In this document: one piece after another, positions 30,971-41,257 of the stretch
Layout of the letters: the number at the start of each line of letters is the position of its first letter
Numbering within the stretch: the stretch's first letter is position 1
Virus record (IMG/VR): IMGVR_UViG_3300029908_000007
Coordinates: 98,309 to 162,308 of that record
Reading direction: 5' to 3' (one strand)
Source: a virus
Length of the DNA stretch: 64,000 bases
The notes under the pieces: model-generated
Seen by the model: only the letters and a program-made list of their open reading frames with translations
What the model was told of the DNA's origin: nothing
The model's database searches: none
Made by a program: the position numbers and the translations under genes

Positions 30971-31223
30971 AAAAGCTTTCTACGTCAGGGATAACATTGA
31001 GCAGTCCGTTCTCAATGGCCACGGAGATTTCATCCCTTGTTGGGATGCCCCATGCCCTGTCTTTGAATTTACCTAATTCAGCCACAAAAGACGCTTGTGT
31101 GATCTCAATGGCTTTGTCGAAAGCATACTTGTCTTTCAGCGGAGGACTCCAGAGGAGATTCGTTTGATTGTCTCTCCAGAAAACGAGGCCTTTTTTATTC
31201 GTGATCTTTGTAAAAGATTTCAT
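30849..31223 (-). CDS. DUF1566/Lcl-type C-lectin-fold protein, DGR target-like
   Basis: TNLLW...WGIPTRDE...FWSAS...AW...VRCV; GC-rich, A-poor 3' variable region. Confidence 0.75.
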   Translation of the reverse strand: MKSFTKITNKKGLVFWRDNQTNLLWSPPLKDKYAFDKAIEITQASFVAELGKFKDRAWGIPTRDEISVAIENGLLNVIPDVESFWSASVFSGGRYSAWIFNGSLGGVVYYGFRISTYAVRCVGR

Positions 31224-31555
31224 AGTTTCTCTTTCTCCGTTGAAGACGTGTGAGGCTGTTCATCTAGCAATGCGCCATGTTCCTTGGATCGTCCGAGAAA
31301 CTTTTCAAACCGCTGTTTCTTTTCCATGACTCTTTGAGCGAAGTCATCGGGCCATTTAACGAGACCTTCTTCAATACACTTTTCCATCATCCCGTTTAAA
31401 TCTGCCCATTCGTGCATGATGCGTTCGGCGTTGGTGTAGGGCTGTCCCGGCTGTATCTCTCCCAAGCTAAACCTGGCAGCTTTGCTGGCTCGTTGCGCGA
31501 CTTCGCCACACTCTTCCATTAAATTTATCAAAATATGTTCTGTTCTATCCATCAC
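31220..31555 (-). CDS. MazG-like NTP pyrophosphohydrolase
   Basis: LMEECGEVAQRASKAARF...EWADL. Confidence 0.7.
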   Translation of the reverse strand: MMDRTEHILINLMEECGEVAQRASKAARFSLGEIQPGQPYTNAERIMHEWADLNGMMEKCIEEGLVKWPDDFAQRVMEKKQRFEKFLGRSKEHGALLDEQPHTSSTEKEKL

Positions 31556-31788
31556 TCCTCCGAAACCGGCGGCCTACTTATTGTCAGATTTCTGGGTTTA
31601 CTGACGGTAATTGGATTCATTCATCGTTTACCCCAAACATTCGACAAAGTTTTGTAAGTACTTTCAAGACTGACTTTCGATCCATTCTTAAAAGAAGATC
31701 AGCACATCGCCCATAAATCACATCCTCGAATGCTTCTCTCTGTTTTGGTGTCATTGTTCAGCCTTTCTTAAGCACAATCCTACCAGGC

Positions 31789-32064
31789 TTATTCTGACGC
31801 ATCAGCTTTTGCCGGGTTACTCTTGTGTGCTTCCCATCCTAGACGAAAAGCATTTTTCAATCGAACGTCTACCGACGCTCCAACTTTAATTCGATCCTCA
31901 CAAAATCGTCTAAGAGCCAGTTCGAATGGTCGACGAGCCTCTGGAATATTTTCAAGATAGGCATATTCATCCTCTCTGATTCTGTGTTTAAACCCATCTC
32001 TTTTGGCCTCAGCTTCACCCCGTGGTGAATCCTCGTACCGCCTCATTTGACCTCGATCATCCAT
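31789..32064 (-). CDS. Hypothetical protein
   Basis: 91 aa with AGGA RBS. Confidence 0.45.
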   Translation of the reverse strand: MDDRGQMRRYEDSPRGEAEAKRDGFKHRIREDEYAYLENIPEARRPFELALRRFCEDRIKVGASVDVRLKNAFRLGWEAHKSNPAKADASE

Positions 32065-32239
32065 TTTTATTTCCTTTCTTCAGCGTAGTCCTGCGCGGTT
32101 CAGCGTTTCATATTTTGATGATTGACAACATCTCGTCGACAGAAACTGGGATCGGTGTCGTCATTCCCAGTACAGACGAGCTTCCCATCAGTAGAACAAG
32201 CGCTTAAAGCAATCATGGCAATTAAAATCATTAGCAGTT

Positions 32240-32614
32240 TCATAGTTTCCCCTTTGTTAGTAGACCGTTTACAATCAAATCTTTAAAGTATTTTACAGGC
32301 AATCTTCGGACCTGAGTTCTCTTCCGCCAGTTCCCGAGATCGTATGGGTGTGTGGGAACGTCTCTGCAGAAAATTTCAGAATTACAAACGTAATGGGTGA
32401 AGCCGGGTCCAGCATACTCTAGGATGGTTAGACGAAAGCCGTCTTCGCTCGGGACTGGAGAATATACGGGGTCTCCATTTTTATTAGTTAGGCCGTGAAG
32501 AACGAATTCGATGTTATTTCCTAAAACAAAGAAAAGAACGTCGCCGTAATAGATGTCTCCGGGTTTAGGGGGACTAAGGACAAGTTTTGCGCGTCTAAGG
32601 GCTTCAACGATCAT
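32240..32614 (-). CDS. Hypothetical protein
   Basis: 124 aa; TTGACA-17-TAATAT promoter just upstream (32622-32650). Confidence 0.55.
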   Translation of the reverse strand: MIVEALRRAKLVLSPPKPGDIYYGDVLFFVLGNNIEFVLHGLTNKNGDPVYSPVPSEDGFRLTILEYAGPGFTHYVCNSEIFCRDVPTHPYDLGNWRKRTQVRRLPVKYFKDLIVNGLLTKGKL

Positions 32615-32623
32615 CCGTAGATA

Positions 32624-33037
32624 TTATACCGACTTTTTAAGAATGTCAAGGGCTAAATTTACGTCTTCTGAAGTTAGTCCAACATACGGGAATGTTTTAA
32701 CAAAGTGATCTTCTAGGCCTGTAAATCCTCTTTCATCGTCTATAATAACGTAATGAGTTATTTCTGGATTTCTGGCTAAATGGGCCCTGATCTGATTCCC
32801 TCGTTCGCCCTTCTCATCTCCGGTAATTCCTATAACTCTAGAGGAATCGATGCCGTTGGCTTGTAAAGTCTTTTTACATTGTTCTTCGCCTAAATGACGC
32901 CAACTCGAAGATATGACAATTTTTAAATCGGGTTCTTGATCCAAAAGAGACTGAAAATTCTTACAAGCGACTTTAGAGAAATTATAATTTCCAAACGTAA
33001 ATATGACACCGTCAAAATCTGCGTATACCGCCTTCAT
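32624..33037 (-). CDS. HAD-superfamily protein (Swiss-Army-Knife RNA-repair-like HAD)
   Basis: DFDGV, IVISSSWR, RGNQI and YVIIDDE motifs. Confidence 0.75.
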   Translation of the reverse strand: MKAVYADFDGVIFTFGNYNFSKVACKNFQSLLDQEPDLKIVISSSWRHLGEEQCKKTLQANGIDSSRVIGITGDEKGERGNQIRAHLARNPEITHYVIIDDERGFTGLEDHFVKTFPYVGLTSEDVNLALDILKKSV

Positions 33038-33312
33038 AATCTTCTCCCCGGATATCCATCTGGGATACCCTCAATTTCTGAATATTTGTAGAATTTTGTC
33101 AACGACTCAATGGTATCCAGAGTGTCTTGTTTCCATCCACTGACTTCGCCGATATAAAAATTACAAACAATTACTGGAACGTGTAGGGCCGCCGACATAA
33201 TAGCCGCGCCTTCGGGTCCACCAAAAGAGGTCTGTTCTGAGAACCACTTCTGGATAAATGGTCGATTGACGTCGTAAGCGGTAATGCTAACCCTCACTAT
33301 TGCCTTCTTCAT
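33034..33312 (-). CDS. Hypothetical protein
   Basis: 92 aa, ATGA-coupled to the next gene. Confidence 0.5.
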   Translation of the reverse strand: MKKAIVRVSITAYDVNRPFIQKWFSEQTSFGGPEGAAIMSAALHVPVIVCNFYIGEVSGWKQDTLDTIESLTKFYKYSEIEGIPDGYPGRRL

Positions 33313-33511
33313 CGCTCAACTCATCAAAAGTAATGGTCTCTGGCATATCGGTTAGGATTAGATCTTCTTTGCCTAAAATCTTTTCGACCAACCCAAAAAG
33401 GTGTGTTCGTTCGGAATCGTCTTCGCTGAAATCAAGCAATTCTCCGATAGCACCAAGAGCTTCCCGGTTTGTAAGTTTTTCTTTTTCCCACTGTAAACAG
33501 ACCACACACAT
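33287..33511 (-). CDS. Hypothetical protein
   Basis: GAGGAG RBS; MCVVC N-terminus. Confidence 0.5.
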   Translation of the reverse strand: MCVVCLQWEKEKLTNREALGAIGELLDFSEDDSERTHLFGLVEKILGKEDLILTDMPETITFDELSDEEGNSEG

Positions 33512-33520
33512 ACTATCTCC

Positions 33521-33745
33521 TCAACCGTTCCAACGCCAAAATGGAGCCTTGTTTCCCTTTTCAGGAAAGGGAGGACATCCGAGGTAGCCGTCAATTTTGT
33601 CCTTCGCTACATCTTTAAAAAACAAATTTTTATCTTTACACTTTTCACACTTAAGATCTTTTAGACTGCTCTGATCATAGACGGTCTTGTAGATGGTGTG
33701 ATCACAGTAAGAGCAGATTACTTTAATTTCCACGAGCGCCCTCAC
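33521..33745 (-). CDS. Zn-ribbon protein
   Basis: CSYC...CEKC. Confidence 0.5.
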   Translation of the reverse strand: MRALVEIKVICSYCDHTIYKTVYDQSSLKDLKCEKCKDKNLFFKDVAKDKIDGYLGCPPFPEKGNKAPFWRWNG

Positions 33746-34064
33746 TAATGCTCTTGAGAGTTCTCAGTATGATAAGGCCCAGTCTATCAACCAACTCTCT
33801 ATAAGCGGCATCGGCATCTGTGTGTTCTTTGATCTTGTGGTCGAAATAACCAGGATAGGCTTTTTCCGCTTTCTCCAGAAGTGTGGCGCCTTTGTCTTCA
33901 TCACCCATGGCGTACCAGTCGTGGGCCATGCAAATCATGGATTTTGCTATAATGGCGGGCTCTAGCTTAGTATTGCCATCAACATTATCTTCTATTTTGA
34001 GCAGTTCTTCGATAAGATCGCGATGTTCTTGGGGAATATCACCATGTAGATTGTGTCTGCTCAT
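33723..34064 (-). CDS. Hypothetical helical protein
   Basis: 113 aa; late motif and GAGG upstream. Confidence 0.55.
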   Translation of the reverse strand: MSRHNLHGDIPQEHRDLIEELLKIEDNVDGNTKLEPAIIAKSMICMAHDWYAMGDEDKGATLLEKAEKAYPGYFDHKIKEHTDADAAYRELVDRLGLIILRTLKSISEGARGN

Positions 34065-34119
34065 AAGAAAGGCCTCAGGTAAAGATTAAGCCTTGAGGAA
34101 AGAAATGTCAAGGCAAATC

Positions 34120-36096
34120 TTAGACATCACAAATTCCACCGGCACAGGCCAAGCTCTTAGCGCCTTCGGTGTTATCGTCGGTTTCGTATTTACCAAGTTG
34201 GGTATAGTCGATTTTAGGGAAGGCCTTGGCCATTTTGTCGTACTCTTCCTTGGTGATCTTCTCGTATGGAGGTTGCTCATATACATGATCCTTCACTGGC
34301 AAGAAGGATATTCCATTAACGATCTCCCAATTCTTGTATACCCAATCACCTACCGATAACCATTCTTCGGGCTTAATATAAACCGTAATACTAGCGTTAT
34401 GCTCACACCAGTTCTTCTGGATCTTTTTATAGTGCTCTAGTTGATCCAGAGCCGTCACATCTTCGATCGTAATAGCATTCTTGGGAGCCGCCACTGGAAA
34501 CGAGACAATCCACGTATTTACTTTGTCTGGGCTCCATCCATCGGGATCAAAGATCGGACATTCGGCTCTAGCTTGTTTAAGTCCTTCTAACTTGTTTTCT
34601 GCGGCATCGTATAATCTGATGGCTTTGACATAGTCTTGTTTACGTTGCCCATTTTCAGGTGAAACCGGAAGACCCTGATCTTTGATCATTCGAAAAAGAG
34701 GGTCACTTCCGGAAATGCGATATCTGCGGATATAGTATTTTGCAAATCTCTGGTGTAGGCCCGAAGAAGAGTCCACCAATTGGGAGACCGTTCCGCTAGG
34801 TTTCACGCAGGTAATAGCGGCTGGCATTGGAATTCCCATAATCTCCGAAGCCTTCTTGGCGACTTTCAAAGCTTTGGCCTTATATGCTTTGAGTGCTTCT
34901 TTGGTGAATAAATGGGGGGCATCGAATTGTCCGGTAATAGAAACTCCGAGCAAGCGCTCTTCATCACAGTTCTGTTTCCATTTAGGATTCAAATATGGAA
35001 AATTGGTAAAACATGCTTGTATAATTCCCATCCAGGTAGCGGTCTCTATCTTTTCTAGCATAGTTCCGATATCATCGTCTGCGCGTGCCACTACTTCGGA
35101 AAGATTGCAAAACTGTTGATTTCTAAGGAGAATTTCAAAGCATGGATTTGCCCCTAATATCAAGGATTTGTCCCGTCTCTTTGGCGCCATTTCTCTGGCA
35201 GCTTCCAGATTACAGATTCCTCGTTCTCCGGAACCCGATGCGATTAGGGAACTCCATTCATTCATAAATGTGACGATATCTGGTTTGGAATAATATACAG
35301 CGGAATTATTGGCCATGTGTCGCCTAACTGGAAAATTTCCAGACTTGGCGTCTCGCATTTCTTTGTCGTTAAGATCAGAAAGACTTATTTCTGACGAGCG
35401 CCGAACTCCTCCAACTACGACGATCTGAGCAATCTCACACATAATGTCGTGACACTCTAATGACGTAAGTTTTCTACCCCTAGCATGATGGAATACGTCC
35501 TTGATAAAATAGTGCAGCTGTGCCAACGGACCTGGACCACTAGCACGTCCGCCCATAGTCTTAAGCCTTGCTCCTGCTGGTCTGATCTTGTTGTATCTCA
35601 TTTCTAGATCTTGGCCGGAATACAAGGCATTAATTAAAAGCTTAATAGAGTCCGCCCAGCCGGTTTTTGAGTCTTCGACTTCATGAACTTGACCGCTTGG
35701 AAAGATCTGGTCGGACACAACAGGAAGCAAGCTAACGTATTTATTTTCAACTGAGAACCCCGCTCCGGAACCGCACATTAGAATATACAGGGCTTCGGCA
35801 AATGCGTCGGGGTTGTCCACAGCTCCAAAAGAGCAGTTGTAGATAGTCGTATTGTCTTGTTGAGCAGGCTTTCCTGCGGCCCAGAGGAAACGCATTGAGG
35901 GCATCACACCAAAGGAAAGAATACCTTCTTGGATTTTTCTGAGAACTTTGTCTGGGATCTTGTCTCCTAGATTGGACTGTACGAAATCCATATATCTCTG
36001 AACTGTTTCTGGCCAATTTTCTCGTCTTCTTTCTTCTTCTAGCCAACGCGAATATGTGCGAACGTAAACGAACTCCGAAGCGGGGGAACGAAACAT
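34120..36096 (-). CDS. nrdJ: Class II (B12-dependent, monomeric type) ribonucleotide reductase
   Basis: RTYSRW, PSMR, YNC, VGGVRRS, NPCFEI, TCVKPSGT motifs; C-terminal CAGGIC. Confidence 0.92.
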   Translation of the reverse strand: MFRSPASEFVYVRTYSRWLEEERRRENWPETVQRYMDFVQSNLGDKIPDKVLRKIQEGILSFGVMPSMRFLWAAGKPAQQDNTTIYNCSFGAVDNPDAFAEALYILMCGSGAGFSVENKYVSLLPVVSDQIFPSGQVHEVEDSKTGWADSIKLLINALYSGQDLEMRYNKIRPAGARLKTMGGRASGPGPLAQLHYFIKDVFHHARGRKLTSLECHDIMCEIAQIVVVGGVRRSSEISLSDLNDKEMRDAKSGNFPVRRHMANNSAVYYSKPDIVTFMNEWSSLIASGSGERGICNLEAAREMAPKRRDKSLILGANPCFEILLRNQQFCNLSEVVARADDDIGTMLEKIETATWMGIIQACFTNFPYLNPKWKQNCDEERLLGVSITGQFDAPHLFTKEALKAYKAKALKVAKKASEIMGIPMPAAITCVKPSGTVSQLVDSSSGLHQRFAKYYIRRYRISGSDPLFRMIKDQGLPVSPENGQRKQDYVKAIRLYDAAENKLEGLKQARAECPIFDPDGWSPDKVNTWIVSFPVAAPKNAITIEDVTALDQLEHYKKIQKNWCEHNASITVYIKPEEWLSVGDWVYKNWEIVNGISFLPVKDHVYEQPPYEKITKEEYDKMAKAFPKIDYTQLGKYETDDNTEGAKSLACAGGICDV

Positions 36097-36111
36097 CGTG
36101 ATGTCTCCTAA

Positions 36112-36423
36112 CTATTCCTGGATTTTGAAAATCTTTGCTAACTCTTCAGCGAGTATCTCATTCTCCGCCAAAAAGTCAAGACGAATCTGTCTGATGAACA
36201 TAAAACTATTGAGAGTGGCGGCGGCAAACAAAAAATATGGGTTGTTATCGACGTACCTGAGATCGATTACTGCAACAGCGATAGTCGCTAGAATCAATCC
36301 AACCACATTCCTAAGACTGAGCCCAATGGTACGCCAAAACAAGCGCTTCTCTAAAGCTTTGAGCTGAGTTTTTTGTTCTTCGGTGAGTTCTTTGTCTAAC
36401 TCATTAAACTCATTGTTTTTCAT
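36112..36423 (-). CDS. Two-TM membrane protein
   Basis: Two hydrophobic helices. Confidence 0.5.
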   Translation of the reverse strand: MKNNEFNELDKELTEEQKTQLKALEKRLFWRTIGLSLRNVVGLILATIAVAVIDLRYVDNNPYFLFAAATLNSFMFIRQIRLDFLAENEILAEELAKIFKIQE

Positions 36424-36792
36424 TTTTCATCCTTCTCATAACTTTGTCAATACACTTCACTATAAGTCCTGGATCGATTTTTTCTTCTATCATCAGTGTT
36501 GCGAACCGCTCCACTGCTAGCTCCGCGTCTCCTCCGCAGTCAGTATTTTCTACGATGAATTCGATCTGTGCTCGGTTTAAGCTAATTTTTTCGCTCATAT
36601 CAATCCGTGAGTACCAGTGCGCGATAGTTGCCGTCTTCGTCAAGAACGACTAAGAGACCGGCTGCGCGATTTGTCCGAACCACCCTTTCGATCCCGGTGT
36701 GACCAATGCTGCCGATATCAACCCAGAGCCCTCTACCGTCTACGGAGACGCGGCGCGGGCGATCAATTTTCTTTAGATAAGGCTTGCCAAGC

Positions 36793-37053
36793 TTATTGGC
36801 GTGAATTTCGAATACCATCTTGCAGCTCCTTGTAGAAAACTTCCAAAAATTCAATTATAAAACCGGTCAGGGTTGCCATATCGCAATCTGGGTAGCCGAT
36901 ATGCCGATGATCGTAGTACTCGTGGTCGAATTCTTTCCTAATTTCTACCCTCAACATCCCGGAGAAATCTCCGCAGAATTGAATGCGGTGGTCTAACTCT
37001 ACTATATCAGATAAAAGTTGAATCAATCTGAGATCTGTAAATTTATTCTCCAT
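36793..37053 (-). CDS. Hypothetical protein
   Basis: 86 aa in a coupled run of ORFs. Confidence 0.45.
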   Translation of the reverse strand: MENKFTDLRLIQLLSDIVELDHRIQFCGDFSGMLRVEIRKEFDHEYYDHRHIGYPDCDMATLTGFIIEFLEVFYKELQDGIRNSRQ

Positions 37054-37194
37054 GACGCTTCACGTACCTTTCTAAGATCCACAGAACAAATCTAAACGGT
37101 AATAAGTACAAAGAAATCAATAAGATGGGAACGCATGCTATGACGAATGTCGCCACCAACCAAAACATTCTCCACGCGACTAAGATCCCGTTTT

Positions 37195-37632
37195 TCATAC
37201 ACCAGTACTTCCGAATCCTCCTGATCCCCTATCGCTCACCGAGAGTTCTTCGACTTCCACTGGGATCGGCAAAGCAATGGGTACTATTAGGAGCTGAACC
37301 ACTCGATCGCCTGGCACGTATTCTCGTGAATGAATACCAGGCAAAACTTCTTTGTAGAATCTAGACTTCAGAGATCCTCTGTAGGAACTGTCGATAACAC
37401 CAATTCCGTTTGCAAGCGAAAGACCGGTCTTGCTCACACTTGATCTTGCCGCAATCAATCCCATAAAACCGGGGTCGATTTCGACTGCCAGCCCGGTATC
37501 GTATTCCCAGAAACCGTATTCATTGTCGTAACGAACGCTGATAGCTGCTAAGTCGAGTCCGGCGTCGTTGGAGTAAGCCCTTCTGGGGATCTGGGCATCG
37601 GGGTGTAGTTTTTTGAACTTTAAGGTTTTCAT
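37195..37632 (-). CDS. dut: Trimeric dUTPase
   Basis: DAGLDL, ARSS, GVIDSSYRG and RGSGGFGSTG motifs. Confidence 0.95.
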   Translation of the reverse strand: MKTLKFKKLHPDAQIPRRAYSNDAGLDLAAISVRYDNEYGFWEYDTGLAVEIDPGFMGLIAARSSVSKTGLSLANGIGVIDSSYRGSLKSRFYKEVLPGIHSREYVPGDRVVQLLIVPIALPIPVEVEELSVSDRGSGGFGSTGV

Positions 37633-37841
37633 TCTTCGTTCTCCACTTCTTCTTCGTCATCGCCGAGAGTCCATTCCAGCTCGTCTCCCTCGATCAAAAA
37701 TTGAAGAGTCTCGTAAAGTCTCTCTTTTACGTCATCGGGATCTGTGGCATCTGCTTTAAGATTTAGTGTTATGCTTACTTTCAAAATTTTTAGCATCTTT
37801 ATCCTCTCAGTACTTATATCTGGCTTAATTCAAAAAGTCAA

Positions 37842-38408
37842 TCACTTTTTCGAACACCACGAACTATGTGCGCCGCCTACGGAACCGGCTCCGCAAACAC
37901 AGGCATCGGCGTCGTCTTTGAGTACTGCGTCGTCATCGCTTGGCGGCTGTATTCCCGTTAAGGCTTTGTAAGGCGGGATGGCAGGAGTAGCACTTCCCGC
38001 GCCGCCGCCACCAATAAAATAGTGATAACTCCCTCCACCACTAATACCTGGGGCGGTAATGGTGACAACGCCTCCACCACTACTAAAGTTGCCTGTAGAA
38101 GGGCTACCAACCATCCCTTGCGTTTGTGGATCGATTACAGCAATCCCTTTAAAAACAGTATAACCCGAAGAGAAACCACCGGTATTCTGATAGCCCGTGG
38201 TCCAATTGGGAACGATTTCGGTTCCATCCAGAAATTGGTCGTTTTCGGCTTCGATAAGAAAAGAATAAGAGCTGGGATCCTGGCCTATTTTGGTAATAGT
38301 CGTGGTTCCACTCAAAGCGTTAAAAATTTGTTCGAGAATGTAAAAATCGATGCCATTAGGACTGGAAGCGCCTAAGCCAGGCATGATTCTGGTGAAAATT
38401 TTGCCCAT
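37842..38408 (-). CDS. Hypothetical protein, Gly-rich, with a C-terminal CxCG...HSxWC motif
   Basis: 188 aa; sigma70 promoter upstream. Confidence 0.55.
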   Translation of the reverse strand: MGKIFTRIMPGLGASSPNGIDFYILEQIFNALSGTTTITKIGQDPSSYSFLIEAENDQFLDGTEIVPNWTTGYQNTGGFSSGYTVFKGIAVIDPQTQGMVGSPSTGNFSSGGGVVTITAPGISGGGSYHYFIGGGGAGSATPAIPPYKALTGIQPPSDDDAVLKDDADACVCGAGSVGGAHSSWCSKK

Positions 38409-38469
38409 TGAAATACCCTCTTAAGAAGGATATATCACGGCGAATCTAGGAAGTCAAGGATTATTTAGA

Positions 38470-39195
38470 TTATGGCCAGGGATAGTACGGCCATTGCGGA
38501 TAGACCGGAGTGGAGCGCCAGGTAATGAGGATCCTGGGAGGAGCGGGGAATTGCTGTGGGCTGCCCCAAGGTCCGGAGTAGTCTAAAACGTTACCGTAGT
38601 TTATTAAATTATACGGGTAGCCGCCGTAAAAAGCTCCAAAACCTGGTAGAGTGAACGGCTCATAACTGACGGGATACCCGTTATAGCTTTTCTGCGTTAT
38701 ACTGAAAGTGAAGCCTAAGCTCGTGAAATAATTGCCTAAACTCGCGATCGGCAGATGCGGCAATACATCAAACCAAGCCTGAAATAAGCCTAACTCATTA
38801 TTATTGCTTATAATCTGGTTGGCGCCGTCGATAAAGTTTTTAGCAGCAATGGCTTGAAGATCGGTGAGACCAGTCGCTGAAGCCTGATTCGCCAGTGGGG
38901 CTACGATTGGGATGTCTTCAATGGCTATAATAACCGTACAATAATGCACACTTGAGTCGGTTTGGGTGACACCGATGACGACTGAGGTGGGCGGAATTAC
39001 ACCGCCCGCAGTCCCGCTTATAACGCCCGTGGTTGGATCTAAAACGAGTCCTGAAGGCAAAGTGCCACCGGTAACCGCATATGGCGTTCCAGAGGTCCCT
39101 GGGAAGGGTGTAATGGTCACTGTCTGGCCGGGCTGCCATATACTGGGGTTACTTGAATAGCGTAGGACGGAAAAAGGGTAGATTGGCGTAGTCAT
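38470..39195 (-). CDS. Ig-domain (putative Ig/He_PIG-like) protein, late-expressed
   Basis: GTLPSGLVLDPTTGVISGT; late motif ends 4 nt before the ATG. Confidence 0.7.
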   Translation of the reverse strand: MTTPIYPFSVLRYSSNPSIWQPGQTVTITPFPGTSGTPYAVTGGTLPSGLVLDPTTGVISGTAGGVIPPTSVVIGVTQTDSSVHYCTVIIAIEDIPIVAPLANQASATGLTDLQAIAAKNFIDGANQIISNNNELGLFQAWFDVLPHLPIASLGNYFTSLGFTFSITQKSYNGYPVSYEPFTLPGFGAFYGGYPYNLINYGNVLDYSGPWGSPQQFPAPPRILITWRSTPVYPQWPYYPWP

Positions 39196-39222
39196 GTACT
39201 AAAGATTGCGATCCAAATGACC

Positions 39223-39756
39223 CTAAGTGTGTTTTACAAAAGTCTTGTTTGACCATTCCAAAAGTTGTTTATTCATTTCTTCCAGATTCTTACTTACTTG
39301 CTCTTTATGGGCTTCCACGCTCTTCTCGTAGGCTACAACAGCATCTTCTTTAGAGCCCTGTCCCATTACGTAAAATCCTGGCTTATAGGTATTTAAGTAT
39401 ATTTTAATATCTTCTAGTCTTTGACTTATGGTGCGACCGTACCAGGTTTCCTCATCGGGAAAAGTCTCTCCTACCAAGACGGCAATTATTTTGTCATCGC
39501 TGACTCCATTATCGTCGCAGTAAAGAATGCTATGGATCTCAGCATCAACCTCGGCTAATGGGGCGATGGCGTCGAAACTTAAAACAAAGATATCAGCGGC
39601 GTCGGTATCGGCGCTTAAAGAACCAGGTATAAATCCATAGTTGTCCGGAACGGTTTGGTTAAGAGGTCGGTCTAGCCTAAGTCGTCCCGTTGTCTTATCG
39701 ACTTCGTATTTATATCTGGAACCCCGTGGAATCTCCACCACCATCTTAACTTTCAT
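39223..39756 (-). CDS. ppa: Family I inorganic pyrophosphatase
   Basis: VEIP.GS..KYE, LDR, NYGFIP, DTDAAD and DDKIIAV motifs; start revised to MKVKM. Confidence 0.85.
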   Translation of the reverse strand: MKVKMVVEIPRGSRYKYEVDKTTGRLRLDRPLNQTVPDNYGFIPGSLSADTDAADIFVLSFDAIAPLAEVDAEIHSILYCDDNGVSDDKIIAVLVGETFPDEETWYGRTISQRLEDIKIYLNTYKPGFYVMGQGSKEDAVVAYEKSVEAHKEQVSKNLEEMNKQLLEWSNKTFVKHT

Positions 39757-39843
39757 CTTCGACCTCATCTGGCATGGGGAACATAAACACTGCGGTTCCC
39801 AAAACGCCGATCTCAAACAGCACAAATGCTAGAGTTGCTGTGT

Positions 39844-40047
39844 TCATGCGTCACCCAGGACGACATCTAATTCTTTTGCGGCGACAGCGACGGCTTTTCC
39901 GGCCTCTTGATTTCCACGATTGCTCATATACCAGCGCTGCGCCGAACGGAGGGCTCTGGCGGCATTGGTCAGGGCTTCCAGTTTAGCTTCTGCCTTTGCT
40001 AATTCTTCTCTGAGATCTTGTACGACATAATCTTCACCCATAATCAC
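39844..40047 (-). CDS. Hypothetical coiled-coil protein
   Basis: 67 aa with RBS. Confidence 0.45.
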   Translation of the reverse strand: MIMGEDYVVQDLREELAKAEAKLEALTNAARALRSAQRWYMSNRGNQEAGKAVAVAAKELDVVLGDA

Positions 40048-40079
40048 CCCTTAAAATTTTTAACCATCTTATTAAGAAA

Positions 40080-40205
40080 AACTCTGGCCTCGTGTCCGCT
40101 TCTAAATTCTAACCTCAGGTACGAAAGATTTCGGTGTCATCGTGACACCGTTGCTTTCACGGCACCTGATCGCTTTTTGACCGTAGTCAAAATGCTAGCC
40201 GTTCC
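40080..40205 (-). ncRNA. Predicted TnpB omegaRNA scaffold and guide overlapping the gene 3' end
   Basis: TTTTGAC-TACG-GTCAAAA hairpin; TCAGGTGC/GTACCTGA stem enclosing GAAAG/CTTTC and CGGTGTCA-CGA-TGACACCG. Confidence 0.6.
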
Positions 40206-41222
40206 CTTCAGAGCTATGTTCTTTGCCGCATTTACGTCGGCATGGAACGCGCTTTTACACGCGGTACAACTAAATGTACCATTCGTTCTACTCCGCTTGT
40301 CTACGTGGTTACAACTGGAACAGGTTTGACTAGTATATGCTGGATTTACTGTCCATACAAACACTTGTTCTTCCTGTGCTATTTGCTCACAACGACTTGC
40401 AAAGTAAGTTCTCGCCCACCCCTGAAGCTTTCCGCTTCGGAGATTGGCGATCACTTTTGGGTCTTCAACTACTAGATTCCACCCGTTTAGCTGTGCGACG
40501 CGCACCGCTCGACGGGCTTCAACATCAAGTATTTGTTTTAAATTTGTTTTAGTAGAATCGGATTTAAAGTGTTGGCCTTTTAGATTAGCTTGTCTTTGGC
40601 GTTCCGCTTTTTTAAGTCTTTGTTTTTTAATAACAACTGAGGTGTTCTGGCCAACATAGCCGTCACTACGAGCGACAGAATTACGATAGCCGACATCACA
40701 GCCCAGGCTTTGTTTCTTAGGGTGTGCTTTTTCAACTTCTTTTTGAACAAAGACTAAGGCATAGAATTTGCCGTTCTTATCTTTTACGAATTCACAAACA
40801 GGGTTGAGCGCGTAACCGCGCTTTAACCACTGATTTAATCTTTTATGACTTTTTACGGGAAGTAAGGTTTTTTTATTACTAAATTGGCTCTCAACTTTTA
40901 ACCAATAGTCGAAGATAGAATCTTTTGAGACTTCGATGGCTGCTGGGCAGCCAATGAAAGCTATTTTAGGAACGTTGGATTTATTATCGGTAGCCTTAGT
41001 TGCCGCACGGTGTGCGGCTAAGATGTTTCTAGCACGATGCTGGGCTTTGTTAGCAAGTCCTCCCATACCCGAAGTACTCAATGCCGCGCCATGGGGCGCA
41101 AAATAGAGTTGAGTTACAAAGTGTTGGGCATAAAGCAAATGTTTTTCATAGGTATACCTGGCCGCGTCGAGTTTCGACACGTTGGGGAAGATCGCTAGTT
41201 TTAAAGCTCTAGTAACTAACAT
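40137..41222 (-). mobile_element. tnpB: TnpB (IS200/IS605-family RNA-guided nuclease), no TnpA in the window
   Basis: RuvC-I GCDVG, RuvC-II VVED, NPAYTSQTCSSC...CTAC Zn finger, RuvC-III HADVNAAKNI; D-E-D triad intact. Confidence 0.9.
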
Positions 41223-41228
41223 CGTTTA

Positions 41229-41257
41229 AGCCTATCCTATCTATTTTGAAAAGTCAA
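41229..41257 (-). promoter_or_regulatory. sigma70 promoter giving a leaderless tnpB mRNA
   Basis: TTGACT-17-TAGGCT, 6 nt before the ATG. Confidence 0.6.

Noticed and set aside
34500-34680. Intein or intron in nrdJ
   Set aside because: Only a short in-frame insertion of roughly 35-40 aa, without splice motifs.
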